Shown: positions 8,986 through 18,222, counted from the first letter of the stretch. The stretch is DNA of 41,431 bases from a virus (IMGVR_UViG_3300033067_000158:1-41431); one strand, 5' to 3'. Made by a program: numbers and translations. The notes: a model not told the origin generated them from the letters alone.

Positions 8986-9561
8986 TTACCAATCAGAAGA
9001 AACCGATGAAGACGATGAGTCACTTGAAGAACTTGACCACGATGAAGATGAATCACTTGAGCTCGAACTAAAGCTTGAACTTGCTGATGCTCGACTATCG
9101 CTGTCATCGAAACCCCATGAAGAACTTGACTTTGAAGGAGTTTCTACTTTAGGAAAATCGACGGGGTCTGATCCACCACTAAAATGCGGTTGATTATTAT
9201 GATGGCGTGTTACAGCGTCCATGATCATCATATTAACCATCATATCAGTTGCAGTGTTATCATGCAATGTAACACTTTGTGTTGCTGATGGTACATATGT
9301 TGGTTTTACTTCTTCACGTTTCACAAATGTTCGTGTTGGTGGTGTGAATGTAGTTTGACTAGTAGGTGGATACTGAGCATCAATTCGTGCACGACGTTCT
9401 TGTCGTTCCTTACGAATACGTTCATTCTGCTCCTCAATAAGTTGCAGTTGTCGCTTGTGAGCTTCAACTGCTTTCTTATGAGATTTCAACAGATATAAAA
9501 CAAATCCAATAGTGCCAATAATTGCAAGTGCACCAATAATGAGGGCCATCATGTCATCCAT
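8986..9561 (-). CDS. membrane-anchored protein with Ser-rich C-terminal tail
   Basis: N-terminal TM, coiled coil, poly-Ser/Asp tail ending SSDW. Confidence 0.75.
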   Translation of the reverse strand: MDDMMALIIGALAIIGTIGFVLYLLKSHKKAVEAHKRQLQLIEEQNERIRKERQERRARIDAQYPPTSQTTFTPPTRTFVKREEVKPTYVPSATQSVTLHDNTATDMMVNMMIMDAVTRHHNNQPHFSGGSDPVDFPKVETPSKSSSSWGFDDSDSRASASSSFSSSSSDSSSSWSSSSSDSSSSSVSSDW

Positions 9562-10379
9562 TATTGTTTACCCACGTTAAGTACTGGAGATGGGCCACCA
9601 AGAACCAATGTACCACCCTTGAAGTTGGCAATACCTTGAGCTTGAATCTTAGCAGCTTCAGAGTAGTTCATACGAGCCTGAGCATCCATGTATTGAATAG
9701 CACCAGCATTAGCATTCAAAGCTGCAATACGTTCTGCTTCTTTCTTAGCAGTTTGCACTTCAACTTCCTTTTGCTTGTATGCATTCTTAGCACGAACTAA
9801 TTCATTAGCTGATGCAACGATTGAATCTGCTGGGATTACACTACGAACCAAAACTTGGCTAACAGTGATCATACCATCAAGTTTTTCTTCCTTGAGAGTT
9901 TCAATCAATACAGTGCGGATGTCAGTTTCCATCACTGTTCGATTGTCTGCCATAGCAAGAGCTTCATGTTTACGAGCAGCTTTGTATGAAGCATTACGAG
10001 CAGCATTGAAGATGTAGTTATACATCAAGTATGTGTCGCCATCATGATAGGCGTGGAACGATTTGTTCTTAGTGTTATACAAATCAGACACTGAAGCTTG
10101 ATTGATGTTGTAGATAACAGTCAAGTCAAAGTCTTTCATTGTAGAGTTGTCTGATGCAAGAGGATTCAAGTCATCAATCTTAACAGCAACATCTTTAATT
10201 GGAAAGGTCAACACTTCACCAACGAATGTTTGGTTGAAAGAACCTGGCAGTAATTCATTGCCACTAACCTGTTTATCAAAACCACGACGAAGACCAACTT
10301 CACCTGTTTCAATACGAGTACATGCTGGCAAGACTGCGATAGCGGCAACTACTGCCAAGAGTTTCATAGATGTTTTCAT
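9561..10379 (-). CDS. SPFH/band 7 (prohibitin-like) lipoprotein
   Basis: LPAC lipobox, RIETGEVG, C-terminal AKKEAERIA coiled coil; start at ATG 10379 or 10367. Confidence 0.85.
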   Translation of the reverse strand: MKTSMKLLAVVAAIAVLPACTRIETGEVGLRRGFDKQVSGNELLPGSFNQTFVGEVLTFPIKDVAVKIDDLNPLASDNSTMKDFDLTVIYNINQASVSDLYNTKNKSFHAYHDGDTYLMYNYIFNAARNASYKAARKHEALAMADNRTVMETDIRTVLIETLKEEKLDGMITVSQVLVRSVIPADSIVASANELVRAKNAYKQKEVEVQTAKKEAERIAALNANAGAIQYMDAQARMNYSEAAKIQAQGIANFKGGTLVLGGPSPVLNVGKQ

Positions 10380-10387
10380 GATGTCTT

Positions 10388-10564
10388 TCAAAATAAAATA
10401 ACGAGTGTTGATAGAATTGCAATTGCAATAGTTGCGGTAAAGAAACCGTAGGTTGCTACCTTAACAGTAGACCACCGTTCATTGTTTGGAAGATGACGCC
10501 ACATTCCAATTAGACCTGTGACGACACCCCAAAGTAATAGGAATGTAATGATTGCTTTAACCAT
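10388..10564 (-). CDS. small 2-TM protein upstream of SPFH gene (58 aa, not in ORF track)
   Basis: Hand translation MVKAIITFLLLWGVVTGLIGMWRHLPNNERWSTVKVATYGFFTATIAIAILSTLVILF. Confidence 0.65.
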   Translation of the reverse strand: MVKAIITFLLLWGVVTGLIGMWRHLPNNERWSTVKVATYGFFTATIAIAILSTLVILF

Positions 10565-11010
10565 CAATATTCCATTGAGTTACGGAATTCGCCGAGACCG
10601 AATTCGCCACGAAGGCTCATGACATCGTCAAATTCAACAGAGTTGTCATATGCACCAGTCAAATCAGATTTAGCTTTGACCTTTTTCTTAGGTGCCATGC
10701 CTGAAGCCCAACGCTGTGAGTTTTCAGATGGGCCAGCAAGTTTTTGCTTGAGTGTTTTGTTTTCTTTGACTTTGACTGCTTTAGGAGTTGGTGCAACATA
10801 TGATGCCAACTTGTAAACGCCACGACCTTTACGATTCTTTTCTTGGAGCAACCACATTGGGTATTCTTCAGTACCCAACACACGCATAGTTGCAACGATT
10901 TGCTTACGATTCAAGAGACCATCAGTCTTGATCTCAGGGTAAGTTGAGAAGAGTTTGTCTTCGAAAGATTGAACGAATTCAGCAGAGAAAGATTTTGCAA
11001 TACGAGCCAT
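10564..11010 (-). CDS. hypothetical basic protein
   Basis: YPMWL...RKGRGVYKL; GGAG SD; promoter 11047-11075. Confidence 0.75.
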   Translation of the reverse strand: MARIAKSFSAEFVQSFEDKLFSTYPEIKTDGLLNRKQIVATMRVLGTEEYPMWLLQEKNRKGRGVYKLASYVAPTPKAVKVKENKTLKQKLAGPSENSQRWASGMAPKKKVKAKSDLTGAYDNSVEFDDVMSLRGEFGLGEFRNSMEY

Positions 11011-11046
11011 TTGTTACTCCATAATAAAGTTTGTTTGCATGATAGA

Positions 11047-11075
11047 ATTATACCACAGTTTTAGCCCGTTGTACA
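11047..11075 (-). promoter_or_regulatory. phage early-type promoter
   Basis: TGTACA acggg...gtgg TATAAT. Confidence 0.75.
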
Positions 11076-11088
11076 GGGCTTTTTGCAA

Positions 11089-11256
11089 TTATTTTGCAAA
11101 AGATTTCATAGCGCTCAGGCCTGAGAACATCAAACCAAGACCTGCGATGGCCATAGGCATCAAAGCAAAAAGTTGACCATCAGTTGCGTTGTCCATACCG
11201 CCAACAGCACCGAAAACGATTAAGAAACCGATAACCATACGAATAGAACCTTGCAT
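11089..11256 (-). CDS. small membrane protein
   Basis: Start MQGSIR with AAGGA SD; two TM segments. Confidence 0.7.
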   Translation of the reverse strand: MQGSIRMVIGFLIVFGAVGGMDNATDGQLFALMPMAIAGLGLMFSGLSAMKSFAK

Positions 11257-11286
11257 TTTGTATCCTTTGTTTGATTTGATAGAATA

Positions 11287-11315
11287 ATTATACCACCGTT
11301 TGCGGGTCTTGTACA
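11287..11315 (-). promoter_or_regulatory. phage early-type promoter
   Basis: TGTACA-17nt-TATAAT. Confidence 0.7.
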
Positions 11316-11326
11316 GGGTTTTGTGC

Positions 11327-11367
11327 AAAAAAAAATGCCGACTGTATCATTTTAGACACAGTCGGCA
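11327..11367 (-). terminator. intrinsic terminator
   Basis: TGCCGACTGT...ACAGTCGGCA then T9 on minus strand. Confidence 0.75.
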
Positions 11368-11390
11368 AAGTAGTACTAAAGGTTACAGTT

Positions 11391-11654
11391 TTAAGATGTT
11401 ACAATTTTATCAAGATGAGCTCTAAAAGCCTTCACTTTTGCAGTACGATCAGGCCAATGAATGTAGGCTTTTTCTGGATTTGCTTCAAGGTTCTTAAGAA
11501 GTGGTTCCACTGCTGAACGTAATTGTTTAATCTTTGCTTGGAGTTTCTCGACTTCTCCAGCGCTTGCTTCAACTTGAGCTGTTACAACTTGTACAGCATC
11601 AAGTTCATCCTCAGTCATGGCGGTAAAGCCAAAATCAAATACGTCGTCACTCAT
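11391..11654 (-). CDS. hypothetical protein
   Basis: FDFGFT...LLKNLEANPEKAYIHWPDR. Confidence 0.75.
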   Translation of the reverse strand: MSDDVFDFGFTAMTEDELDAVQVVTAQVEASAGEVEKLQAKIKQLRSAVEPLLKNLEANPEKAYIHWPDRTAKVKAFRAHLDKIVTS

Positions 11655-12160
11655 AGTAAGTCCTTAAGTAGTGTGCCATCCTTAGTGTTGTGCACAATGA
11701 TGTTTAAATTTTTATACGATTGCCATCTTTCTCGCCAATGTACAAACAAATCGAATTGAGCTCTATTGCGTGGAATAAGCTCATCACTACGAGTTTCTTG
11801 AGTGTCTTCCCAAATAGAATCAAATCCCCAAAGATGCATTTCAGTATAGTCATGATCTAAACACCAATCAACTGCAATATGACCAGAACTTTGGTACTTT
11901 TCAAGTTGTTCAATCGTATGAATAATATCGAACTCACGAATTAAGTCTTGTTCTACCAATGTTGGCATCGCGTATCTTGATGTAATAATACGATTGTTTG
12001 GAATGAGACTCCTATTGCCTTTGTAAATCAAGAATGGTTTACAATCTACAATTACGCTTAAATCTACTGGAACTCGTTGAAAATTGCATCCAACTGTGTA
12101 TTCTCCATCAGATTCGAACAAGTCTATTGACGGGCCATTGCCCAAAATATGTGCTTTCAT
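11651..12160 (-). CDS. GNGPS-motif protein (GT29/MptE-like fold)
   Basis: HILGNGPS, VGCN, SSGHIA, LWGFD motifs; late promoter directly upstream. Confidence 0.55.
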   Translation of the reverse strand: MKAHILGNGPSIDLFESDGEYTVGCNFQRVPVDLSVIVDCKPFLIYKGNRSLIPNNRIITSRYAMPTLVEQDLIREFDIIHTIEQLEKYQSSGHIAVDWCLDHDYTEMHLWGFDSIWEDTQETRSDELIPRNRAQFDLFVHWRERWQSYKNLNIIVHNTKDGTLLKDLL

Positions 12161-12165
12161 AAGCT

Positions 12166-12179
12166 TTATTTATAAATAA
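12166..12179. promoter_or_regulatory. palindromic bidirectional T4-type late promoter
   Basis: TTATTTATAAATAA gives TATAAATA on both strands between divergent genes. Confidence 0.8.
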
Positions 12180-12327
12180 CAGGTGAGTGAGTAGTTACAC
12201 TCAATAAGGTACCAAATGGACAAAAAGTCTTCACTTTTTGCTATGACTACATATCCGGCAATTGCCGTTGAATCGAATACAAATTTAAAATTATACAATG
12301 TAAATTCTATCACTGGAGTGAGGTGAT

Positions 12328-13110
12328 ATGGATCCGCTTACGCTTTTTATGTTGGCCAACTCAGCAGTTGCTGCGGTTAAGCAAGGCTGTAAACTATACA
12401 AAGACATCAAAGGTGCTGCAGGTGAAGTTAAAGATGTACTCAAAGACCTTGATGATCAGTTTAAGAAACTACATCCACCTGAAAAACCTGCTACAATAGA
12501 GCAGAAGAACCAGTTCATTCAAGAGAAGAACAAGGTTATTGAAATGAACAAGAAAGCCAATGAAGGTGCTCATGATGGCATCTATCGTGAAATTGGCGAT
12601 CACCTTGGTACTTACTACGATAACTTCTATAAGTGTATGGCTGTCTTTGATGAAGAAGAACGCCGTGCTGAAAACGAAGTCTACACTGGTGATGCTTCAT
12701 TAGGCAAACGTGCATTACAGCGTGTCTTAATGCGTAAACAACTTGAGCAAATGTCAGTTGATCTTCGTGAGTTAATGGTGTACCAATCACCACCTGAACT
12801 TGGTGCGCTATACACTGAAGTAGAAGCAATGATGAAACATATGGGTGAAACCCAACGTGTTCTTATTGCTAGGCAAATGAAAGATCAAGATCGTGAACAA
12901 AAGAGAAGAAAACAAAGATTAGAAAGACTACGCACTGAGATTGCAATTGGTGTTGGTGGTTTAATCTTTGCAGCAGCAATTGGCTTATCATTTGTTTATG
13001 TGATTCATGATAGAATAGAAAAGTATCCTCATCTTGGTGATGAGGTAATACCAAAGACAGCAGAACAACGAAGATTAGAATCATCGCCAAAAGTTTGGAC
13101 AGGCCGATAA
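12328..13110 (+). CDS. coiled-coil protein with C-terminal TM segment
   Basis: 260 aa, GAGGTG SD; main plus-strand gene of the window. Confidence 0.85.
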   Translation: MDPLTLFMLANSAVAAVKQGCKLYKDIKGAAGEVKDVLKDLDDQFKKLHPPEKPATIEQKNQFIQEKNKVIEMNKKANEGAHDGIYREIGDHLGTYYDNFYKCMAVFDEEERRAENEVYTGDASLGKRALQRVLMRKQLEQMSVDLRELMVYQSPPELGALYTEVEAMMKHMGETQRVLIARQMKDQDREQKRRKQRLERLRTEIAIGVGGLIFAAAIGLSFVYVIHDRIEKYPHLGDEVIPKTAEQRRLESSPKVWTGR

Positions 13111-13250
13111 TGAGACAAAAATTAAGACAACTGATGCAATATGGCATTGGCATGGCAACAATAGTTGTTATGTGTTTAAGTGGCATAGCGTTAATGCTAA
13201 TAGTTGGAATAGGAATACTAATAACTAAAGCAGCATTATTCATTAAATAA
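13110..13250 (+). CDS. small membrane protein (46 aa, not in ORF track)
   Basis: TAATG coupling; MRQKLRQLMQYGIGMATIVVMCLSGIALMLIVGIGILITKAALFIK. Confidence 0.55.
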   Translation: MRQKLRQLMQYGIGMATIVVMCLSGIALMLIVGIGILITKAALFIK

Positions 13251-13274
13251 AAAAAGGGACCTTACGGTCCCTTT
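13249..13274. terminator. terminator between convergent genes
   Basis: AAAAAAAGGGACC-ttac-GGTCCCTTT. Confidence 0.75.
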
Positions 13275-13289
13275 CCAGTTTCTGAAGGA

Positions 13290-13484
13290 TTACTTCTTTG
13301 CTGGTTGTTCGACTTCAAGTTTCTTATGAACTTTCATCATCTTACATTCACGTTGAGGTGTACCATCTTTGTTAGTAACTACCTTACCATCTTTACCAAT
13401 CTTATCTACACAAACCTTTTGTGGTTCATTTGCACAAGCACTAAAAGCAAATGTGCATGCAATAATTGCTAATAACTTTTTCAT
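13290..13484 (-). CDS. small exported/lipoprotein of lysis cluster
   Basis: Signal peptide MKKLLAIIACTFAFSAC. Confidence 0.65.
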   Translation of the reverse strand: MKKLLAIIACTFAFSACANEPQKVCVDKIGKDGKVVTNKDGTPQRECKMMKVHKKLEVEQPAKK

Positions 13485-13485
13485 G

Positions 13486-13704
13486 TTAATCTTTCTTTGC
13501 AAATTTTTCTGAAACAGTAAAACCTAATCCTGCTACGACGATATACATCATAGATTCGAATAGAGTTGCTGTTGCTTTATAGCCGAAGAATTGATCGGCT
13601 ATATAAGAAACACACACCACAATAAATGCAGCGAGTGTTACTACTCTCTTGCTACTAACAGAGCCATTGACTCCATCAGATAGCATACTATTTAACCAGT
13701 TCAT
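13486..13704 (-). CDS. putative holin
   Basis: 72 aa, SSKRV motif, 2 TM, charged C-terminus, in endolysin operon. Confidence 0.55.
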   Translation of the reverse strand: MNWLNSMLSDGVNGSVSSKRVVTLAAFIVVCVSYIADQFFGYKATATLFESMMYIVVAGLGFTVSEKFAKKD

Positions 13705-14165
13705 AGTTCTTCTTGTGGTGGTTGTACTGGCATTGGTTTACCAGTTGAACTCATCACAACACCAGGTGTAAATGATTGAGCGACTGGAACATTACCATAT
13801 GATTGTTGTACATACACTGGTGCTTGCACAGGAGGTGGAGCAGTCATCATCTTCTTTGTAGCTTCGAAGTTTGATTCAGCATTCTTTTGTGCTTGCAACA
13901 TTGCGTCTTTATCTTCTTTAGAAGTACCAGCTAACATGATACCTGATAATGTACCAGTCAAGAATGTAGCAATAGGTACAATCAACTCAAAGAACTTTTG
14001 GTCAATAGGACTAATTGCGTTCAAAGGTTGTGTAACAAAGATTAGTGAATATAATACCACGAACACAATGCCAAACAAAGTCAATGATAAACAAATACCA
14101 ATGAAGAACTTTAGACGAGCCATCAACTGTTCGTCTGTATAAATGAATGTCTCTTTATTTTCCAC
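13701..14165 (-). CDS. 2-TM membrane protein (lysis cluster)
   Basis: Likely GTG start; PIATFLTGTLSGIMLAG; Pro-rich tail. Confidence 0.65.
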   Translation of the reverse strand: MENKETFIYTDEQLMARLKFFIGICLSLTLFGIVFVVLYSLIFVTQPLNAISPIDQKFFELIVPIATFLTGTLSGIMLAGTSKEDKDAMLQAQKNAESNFEATKKMMTAPPPVQAPVYVQQSYGNVPVAQSFTPGVVMSSTGKPMPVQPPQEEL

Positions 14166-14448
14166 AGTTCGCTCCTTGTGTAACTGGTGTTGGAGCCATT
14201 GCTGGCACTTGAGTAATGTTTGCTTTAACTTCATCTTTTGGAGGTCCTATTCTTGGGTCACGTTGGCCTTTAAAGATGTGTTCTGGACAAGTACGATTCA
14301 CATCACATATAGGCATTTTACAAAAATCTTTGTCCCAGTTTGCTGGGTCTTGGCATGGGTAACGATATCTATCTCCGCTACACATTGCCAATGTCAAAGG
14401 CAATAATAACAATACGAATAAAAACTTTACTAGCTTTTTATCTCCCAT
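14155..14448 (-). CDS. Cys/Pro-rich exported protein, possible spanin component
   Basis: Signal peptide, RYRYPCQDPANW..C..PIC..C. Confidence 0.6.
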   Translation of the reverse strand: MGDKKLVKFLFVLLLLPLTLAMCSGDRYRYPCQDPANWDKDFCKMPICDVNRTCPEHIFKGQRDPRIGPPKDEVKANITQVPAMAPTPVTQGANCGK

Positions 14449-14451
14449 TGT

Positions 14452-15075
14452 TTATACTCCTAAAACATGTAGCGCATGTTCATAGTGTTTTACACGATCT
14501 TCTAAACCAATAGTACCACCATTGATACGTTTAGTTAACGTTAAGATGTCGCCTTTATCAGCCCACTGATTTAGGTTATTTGTTTCCCAGAACCAACATG
14601 CGGATTGTGCAGCACCTTCAAATGTTTGCAAATATTCAGAAGCTTCTTCAACAGTGATACCAATTGATGCAGCAAACCATGTATAGTTTTGCTTACCAGT
14701 CAATTGAATCAAGCCTCGGCCGCAGTAACGGAATCCGTCACCTGATGCTTCATCCCCATTACCCATGCGAGAAGCATAAACCTTATTTGCAATCGCTTCT
14801 TGCTTATTAGGCAATGCAGCAAATTGATTTGCGATCTCATCTGTTGGGAAATACTTTGGAAAAATCTTACGTAGTGTTGGTGCCTTATAATTCAAGTTCT
14901 CTTTAAGAGTTAAAAATCCACCAGATTCATGCGAACATTGTGCAATGAATGCAGCAATTCGTTGTGGTGTATTAATTTCATATTCTGGTAAAAGCTGTGC
15001 AAGTGCACGATGCCAGTGATCTACATACGGATTTTTTGGAAGTAGTTGTTTTAATTGTTGTAGTGATAGTTCCAT
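14452..15075 (-). CDS. glycoside hydrolase family 19 endolysin
   Basis: RIAAFIAQCSHESGGF..ENLNY, GRGLIQLTGKQNY, SACWFW, TKRINGG. Confidence 0.93.
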   Translation of the reverse strand: MELSLQQLKQLLPKNPYVDHWHRALAQLLPEYEINTPQRIAAFIAQCSHESGGFLTLKENLNYKAPTLRKIFPKYFPTDEIANQFAALPNKQEAIANKVYASRMGNGDEASGDGFRYCGRGLIQLTGKQNYTWFAASIGITVEEASEYLQTFEGAAQSACWFWETNNLNQWADKGDILTLTKRINGGTIGLEDRVKHYEHALHVLGV

Positions 15076-15113
15076 TTTCACCTTCCGTTGAAAATATTGC
15101 AGGATTGCAATTC

Positions 15114-15121
15114 TATTTATA
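15114..15121 (-). promoter_or_regulatory. T4-type late promoter
   Basis: TATAAATA upstream of endolysin. Confidence 0.75.
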
Positions 15122-15144
15122 GGAACTAACCCTCAAGAACGAGC

Positions 15145-15167
15145 AAAGGACCTTAACGGTCCTTTTG
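15145..15167 (-). terminator. intrinsic terminator
   Basis: AAAGGACC-ttaac-GGTCCTTT hairpin. Confidence 0.6.
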
Positions 15168-15186
15168 CACTTTAACAATTGTATTG

Positions 15187-15363
15187 TTAGGATGTAACTT
15201 CTTCTGTTAGGAAGCCACAAAGCTTCTTAGCTTCTGAGATGATCTTTGACTGAGTTGGAAACTTCTTGTCTTCAGCTTTATCTTCAAAGTATTGTGAGAT
15301 CAAACGTTGATGAGCTTCTTGGTATGCTTGCAACTTCAATTCAGGTGTTAATTTAGTAGTCAT
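15187..15363 (-). CDS. small hypothetical protein (58 aa, not in ORF track)
   Basis: MTTKLTPELKLQAYQEAHQRL...FPTQSKIISEAKKLCGFL; AAGGA SD. Confidence 0.65.
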   Translation of the reverse strand: MTTKLTPELKLQAYQEAHQRLISQYFEDKAEDKKFPTQSKIISEAKKLCGFLTEEVTS

Positions 15364-15379
15364 AATATTCCTTGTTAGT

Positions 15380-15678
15380 TAAGTGTTGGTGCTTCTGTTA
15401 CGAGGTGCACCAACGAAACCCTAGCAGCGTTTAGGCTGCAATGCGGAAACTTTCGTCATTTGCATTTACTTTATTTGCTTGATTAACGGTCATCGCCTAC
15501 CGTGTTGCCGTCTCTAATATCTACCGCTGTCGAAACCATGGCATCCCCATCAAAAGTATATTGTTACTATGTCCATCTTTGGGTTCAGGTGATAAGGCTG
15601 AACAGGGAGTTCAATATACTTTTGGTGGAGATGGCGGGAGTCGAACCCGCGTCCAGCAGTCCTTCTCTTTGAAGGAAT
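15380..15678 (-). ncRNA. ssrA: two-piece (circularly permuted) tmRNA, tag ANDESFRIAA
   Basis: Acceptor piece with T arm and CATCTCC-ACCA end (15623) precedes coding piece starting GGGGATG (15548); G3:U70; tag frame 15463-15431. Confidence 0.93.
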
Positions 15679-16262
15679 TACAACAATTCTTTTAGACTAT
15701 CATTTGAAATATCAATCACCAATGAAACACGCTCACTAGTAATATTTACAACTTCATGAATAGCCGAATTCTGAAATGAATACCACTTTGATTTTTCTAA
15801 AATGTATTCACGTTTGTTAGTTAAGTTAGTTGGCAAATATGCAATGATGTCATCAGGTGTTGATGGTCCATCGTAAAAATTTGTCTTTGGTCCAGTCTCA
15901 CTCATCAAATAATATAATGTTGCTTTTCTCATATAATCAATATGAGGAGGAATGACTTCAGATCTAGCCAGTTGTACCTTAACACAATTATATGAATCTT
16001 CAATTGTTAAATTGAGTTCAGTTAAAATTTGATCTACAATTTCTTTAGGTAGTTTGAAAGTTTCATTTGCACCAAGAACTTTATCGGAATAAAAAGTCTG
16101 ATAACGTGAAATTATTTCTTCAAATTCTGGTTTACCAAATGAAACACCAGGACCTTCACCAAATCCACGTAAAGCTTTTTGCTTTTCAACATATACTTTA
16201 ATCTTATCTTCTAATTCTAGTGATAATGATGGATAGTCTAATTGTGTTGCGTCTTTAATCAT
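15678..16262 (-). CDS. 2OG-Fe(II) oxygenase-like protein
   Basis: PPHID (HxD), distal AIHEV, RVSL. Confidence 0.65.
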   Translation of the reverse strand: MIKDATQLDYPSLSLELEDKIKVYVEKQKALRGFGEGPGVSFGKPEFEEIISRYQTFYSDKVLGANETFKLPKEIVDQILTELNLTIEDSYNCVKVQLARSEVIPPHIDYMRKATLYYLMSETGPKTNFYDGPSTPDDIIAYLPTNLTNKREYILEKSKWYSFQNSAIHEVVNITSERVSLVIDISNDSLKELL

Positions 16263-16267
16263 TGTCT

Positions 16268-16540
16268 TTAACCTATACTTACTTTAGTAGAACCACCAGC
16301 AACTGCGTCATTACATGTTGCAATGTCACCAACTAAAACAATTGGAACTCCACCTACAGTAACTTTAGATTGTGTAGTGGCTTGAACAGTAGCTGCTGCG
16401 TGTGTACCATTTCCATGAGGTGCTACATTACAACCTTTTAATGCTACTTCTTTACCACCAACTTTTACTTTACATGGCACAGCGTTAGATGTTAATAATC
16501 CACCCGCTGTGCTTACTCCGATAATTGCTATTGCTGTCAT
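16268..16540 (-). CDS. PAAR-repeat spike tip protein (T4 gp5.4-like)
   Basis: VKVGGKEVA, VAPH..H, KVTVGGVPIVLVGD..C..GSTKV; late promoter upstream. Confidence 0.85.
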   Translation of the reverse strand: MTAIAIIGVSTAGGLLTSNAVPCKVKVGGKEVALKGCNVAPHGNGTHAAATVQATTQSKVTVGGVPIVLVGDIATCNDAVAGGSTKVSIG

Positions 16541-16545
16541 AGCAA

Positions 16546-16553
16546 TATTTATA
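16546..16553 (-). promoter_or_regulatory. T4-type late promoter
   Basis: TATAAATA 5 nt before the PAAR ATG. Confidence 0.7.
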
Positions 16554-16555
16554 CA

Positions 16556-16831
16556 TTACTTCTTAGAAGTATTTTCAGCTTTAGGAGCAACTGGATCTTT
16601 AAATTGACCAGACAATGACATTGCAGTAATTAACATTCTACAATCAGTTGATGAAGTATCTTCCAATGCACATTTAGCAAACATTGGATTTTGACCTTTT
16701 TCAATTGATGCGGACACTGCTTCTTTCACCCATTGCTTATGTAAAATGTTACCAGTAATTAGACCACCAAACAATCCTGTCACTGCAATGATAGCAACGA
16801 TAAAAATGCCGGTGATTTGATTACTGTTCAT
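16556..16831 (-). CDS. membrane-anchored hypothetical protein
   Basis: N-terminal TM. Confidence 0.65.
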   Translation of the reverse strand: MNSNQITGIFIVAIIAVTGLFGGLITGNILHKQWVKEAVSASIEKGQNPMFAKCALEDTSSTDCRMLITAMSLSGQFKDPVAPKAENTSKK

Positions 16832-17006
16832 TCTTCTTGTCCTTAGACTTTGCGCGCTTATTGTCTAAGTCTGCTTTTTCTGCAGATGCTTGTGCATCAA
16901 TCAACGCTCGTTTTAGGACACCACGAGCATCTTTGTCTAATCCACTCAATGCAACCAATGTTTTGTTGCGCTTGCTAAGTTTGAAGTCTTTAGTTGTCTT
17001 AATCAT
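16821..17006 (-). CDS. small basic hypothetical protein
   Basis: AAGGA SD, 61 aa. Confidence 0.65.
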   Translation of the reverse strand: MIKTTKDFKLSKRNKTLVALSGLDKDARGVLKRALIDAQASAEKADLDNKRAKSKDKKNEQ

Positions 17007-17007
17007 A

Positions 17008-17328
17008 TCAATCCTTTAAATATTTACGAAGTTCATCTTGTGGCACATTAAAAAGTTTACCCGGAAATTTATCTGCCATTGATTTCTCGAGTTCATCAAA
17101 GTTATTAGCTTGACCTAGGAATTCATTTGTATCGCTGTTGTACAAATATAGCACACCATTTTCTTCTTCAATTCGTGAAGGGATAACCTTCTCTCTGAAT
17201 TTCTCAAGACGTTCTGTAATGCCACGTTCAAGTTTATTGATTTCAATTTTGTCTTTAATGTCTCGCACAAAACCAGATAACCAATAACCCATCATAAAAC
17301 AAATAACACCAACGATAATTAGTTCCAT
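17008..17328 (-). CDS. membrane-anchored hypothetical protein
   Basis: N-terminal TM; LYLYNSDTNEFLGQ. Confidence 0.7.
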   Translation of the reverse strand: MELIIVGVICFMMGYWLSGFVRDIKDKIEINKLERGITERLEKFREKVIPSRIEEENGVLYLYNSDTNEFLGQANNFDELEKSMADKFPGKLFNVPQDELRKYLKD

Positions 17329-17330
17329 AG

Positions 17331-17522
17331 TTACTTACTCGTAAAGCTAATGCCATCACCTCGAATGATGGACATGATAATCAATGCTGCAACCCATGTA
17401 TCAAATGTAGTTGGAATAGCTAAACCAAATAACATATTGACTGACCAAATTGCTGCAATTGGTCCCAAGATAATCATTGCAATCCCAAAGATGATTGCAA
17501 ACAATGCTAAACCGTTTTTCAT
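17331..17522 (-). CDS. small membrane protein
   Basis: Start at MKNGL; IWSVNMLFGLAIP. Confidence 0.65.
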   Translation of the reverse strand: MKNGLALFAIIFGIAMIILGPIAAIWSVNMLFGLAIPTTFDTWVAALIIMSIIRGDGISFTSK

Positions 17523-17523
17523 A

Positions 17524-18222
17524 TTAATCCCATAAAGTTTGAAAATACTTACCAAATAAACGTAGTCCATTATCAATTCGTTCTTGATGTTTCTTACGTC
17601 CTTCCCAGTCACACTCACCTTTTACCTTCCAACGAACAGGTATAACTGTTTTACCTTCGTCTTCAGGATACTTGTCAAAATCAATCTCTGGATGTGTTAT
17701 CCAATACTGATTTTCCCAATCATCACTATTAAGTTGCTCAAACGCCCAGATCATTTCATTCAGTGCCCATTCATATCGAGTATGAACATCGCATTTAATT
17801 TTCTGAGTATCATTCTCATCTGTATAAAATTCGAATGTTTGTTGAGCATCATAATCTTCAGTAGAATGTGCTCTCATTTCTGGTGGCACATCTTCCAAAT
17901 CGATAAACCCAGAACCTTGCTTATGTTCTTTAAGACTTTTAAGCAATGGAAGAATGATAGGTGTTAGTGTAGCATCACAAGACCAGTGATCGTAATAGTC
18001 AATCTTTACTTTGACTTTACGCTTCTTAAAGGTTTCAATCCAAGTACAGAAACCCATTACCCAAGTGCTTGCTAACCATGTGCCAAACTTATCGTGTAAA
18101 CGATAGTCCCAACGATTCTCAAGCTTATCATCAAATGGATACTTCTCAACCCAGAAGAAAATCTTGTCAGCAATTTGATATGGGCCTACCCAACTAGTGT
18201 AGGGACCAATGTCGACTTTCAT
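17524..18222 (-). CDS. hypothetical protein
   Basis: 232 aa; LNEMIWAFE, GLRLFGKYFQTLWD. Confidence 0.85.
   Translation of the reverse strand: MKVDIGPYTSWVGPYQIADKIFFWVEKYPFDDKLENRWDYRLHDKFGTWLASTWVMGFCTWIETFKKRKVKVKIDYYDHWSCDATLTPIILPLLKSLKEHKQGSGFIDLEDVPPEMRAHSTEDYDAQQTFEFYTDENDTQKIKCDVHTRYEWALNEMIWAFEQLNSDDWENQYWITHPEIDFDKYPEDEGKTVIPVRWKVKGECDWEGRKKHQERIDNGLRLFGKYFQTLWD

Noticed and set aside
12215-12325. 36-codon plus-strand ORF upstream of the 260-aa gene
   Set aside because: Short, no recognisable motif, weak SD; cannot be supported.
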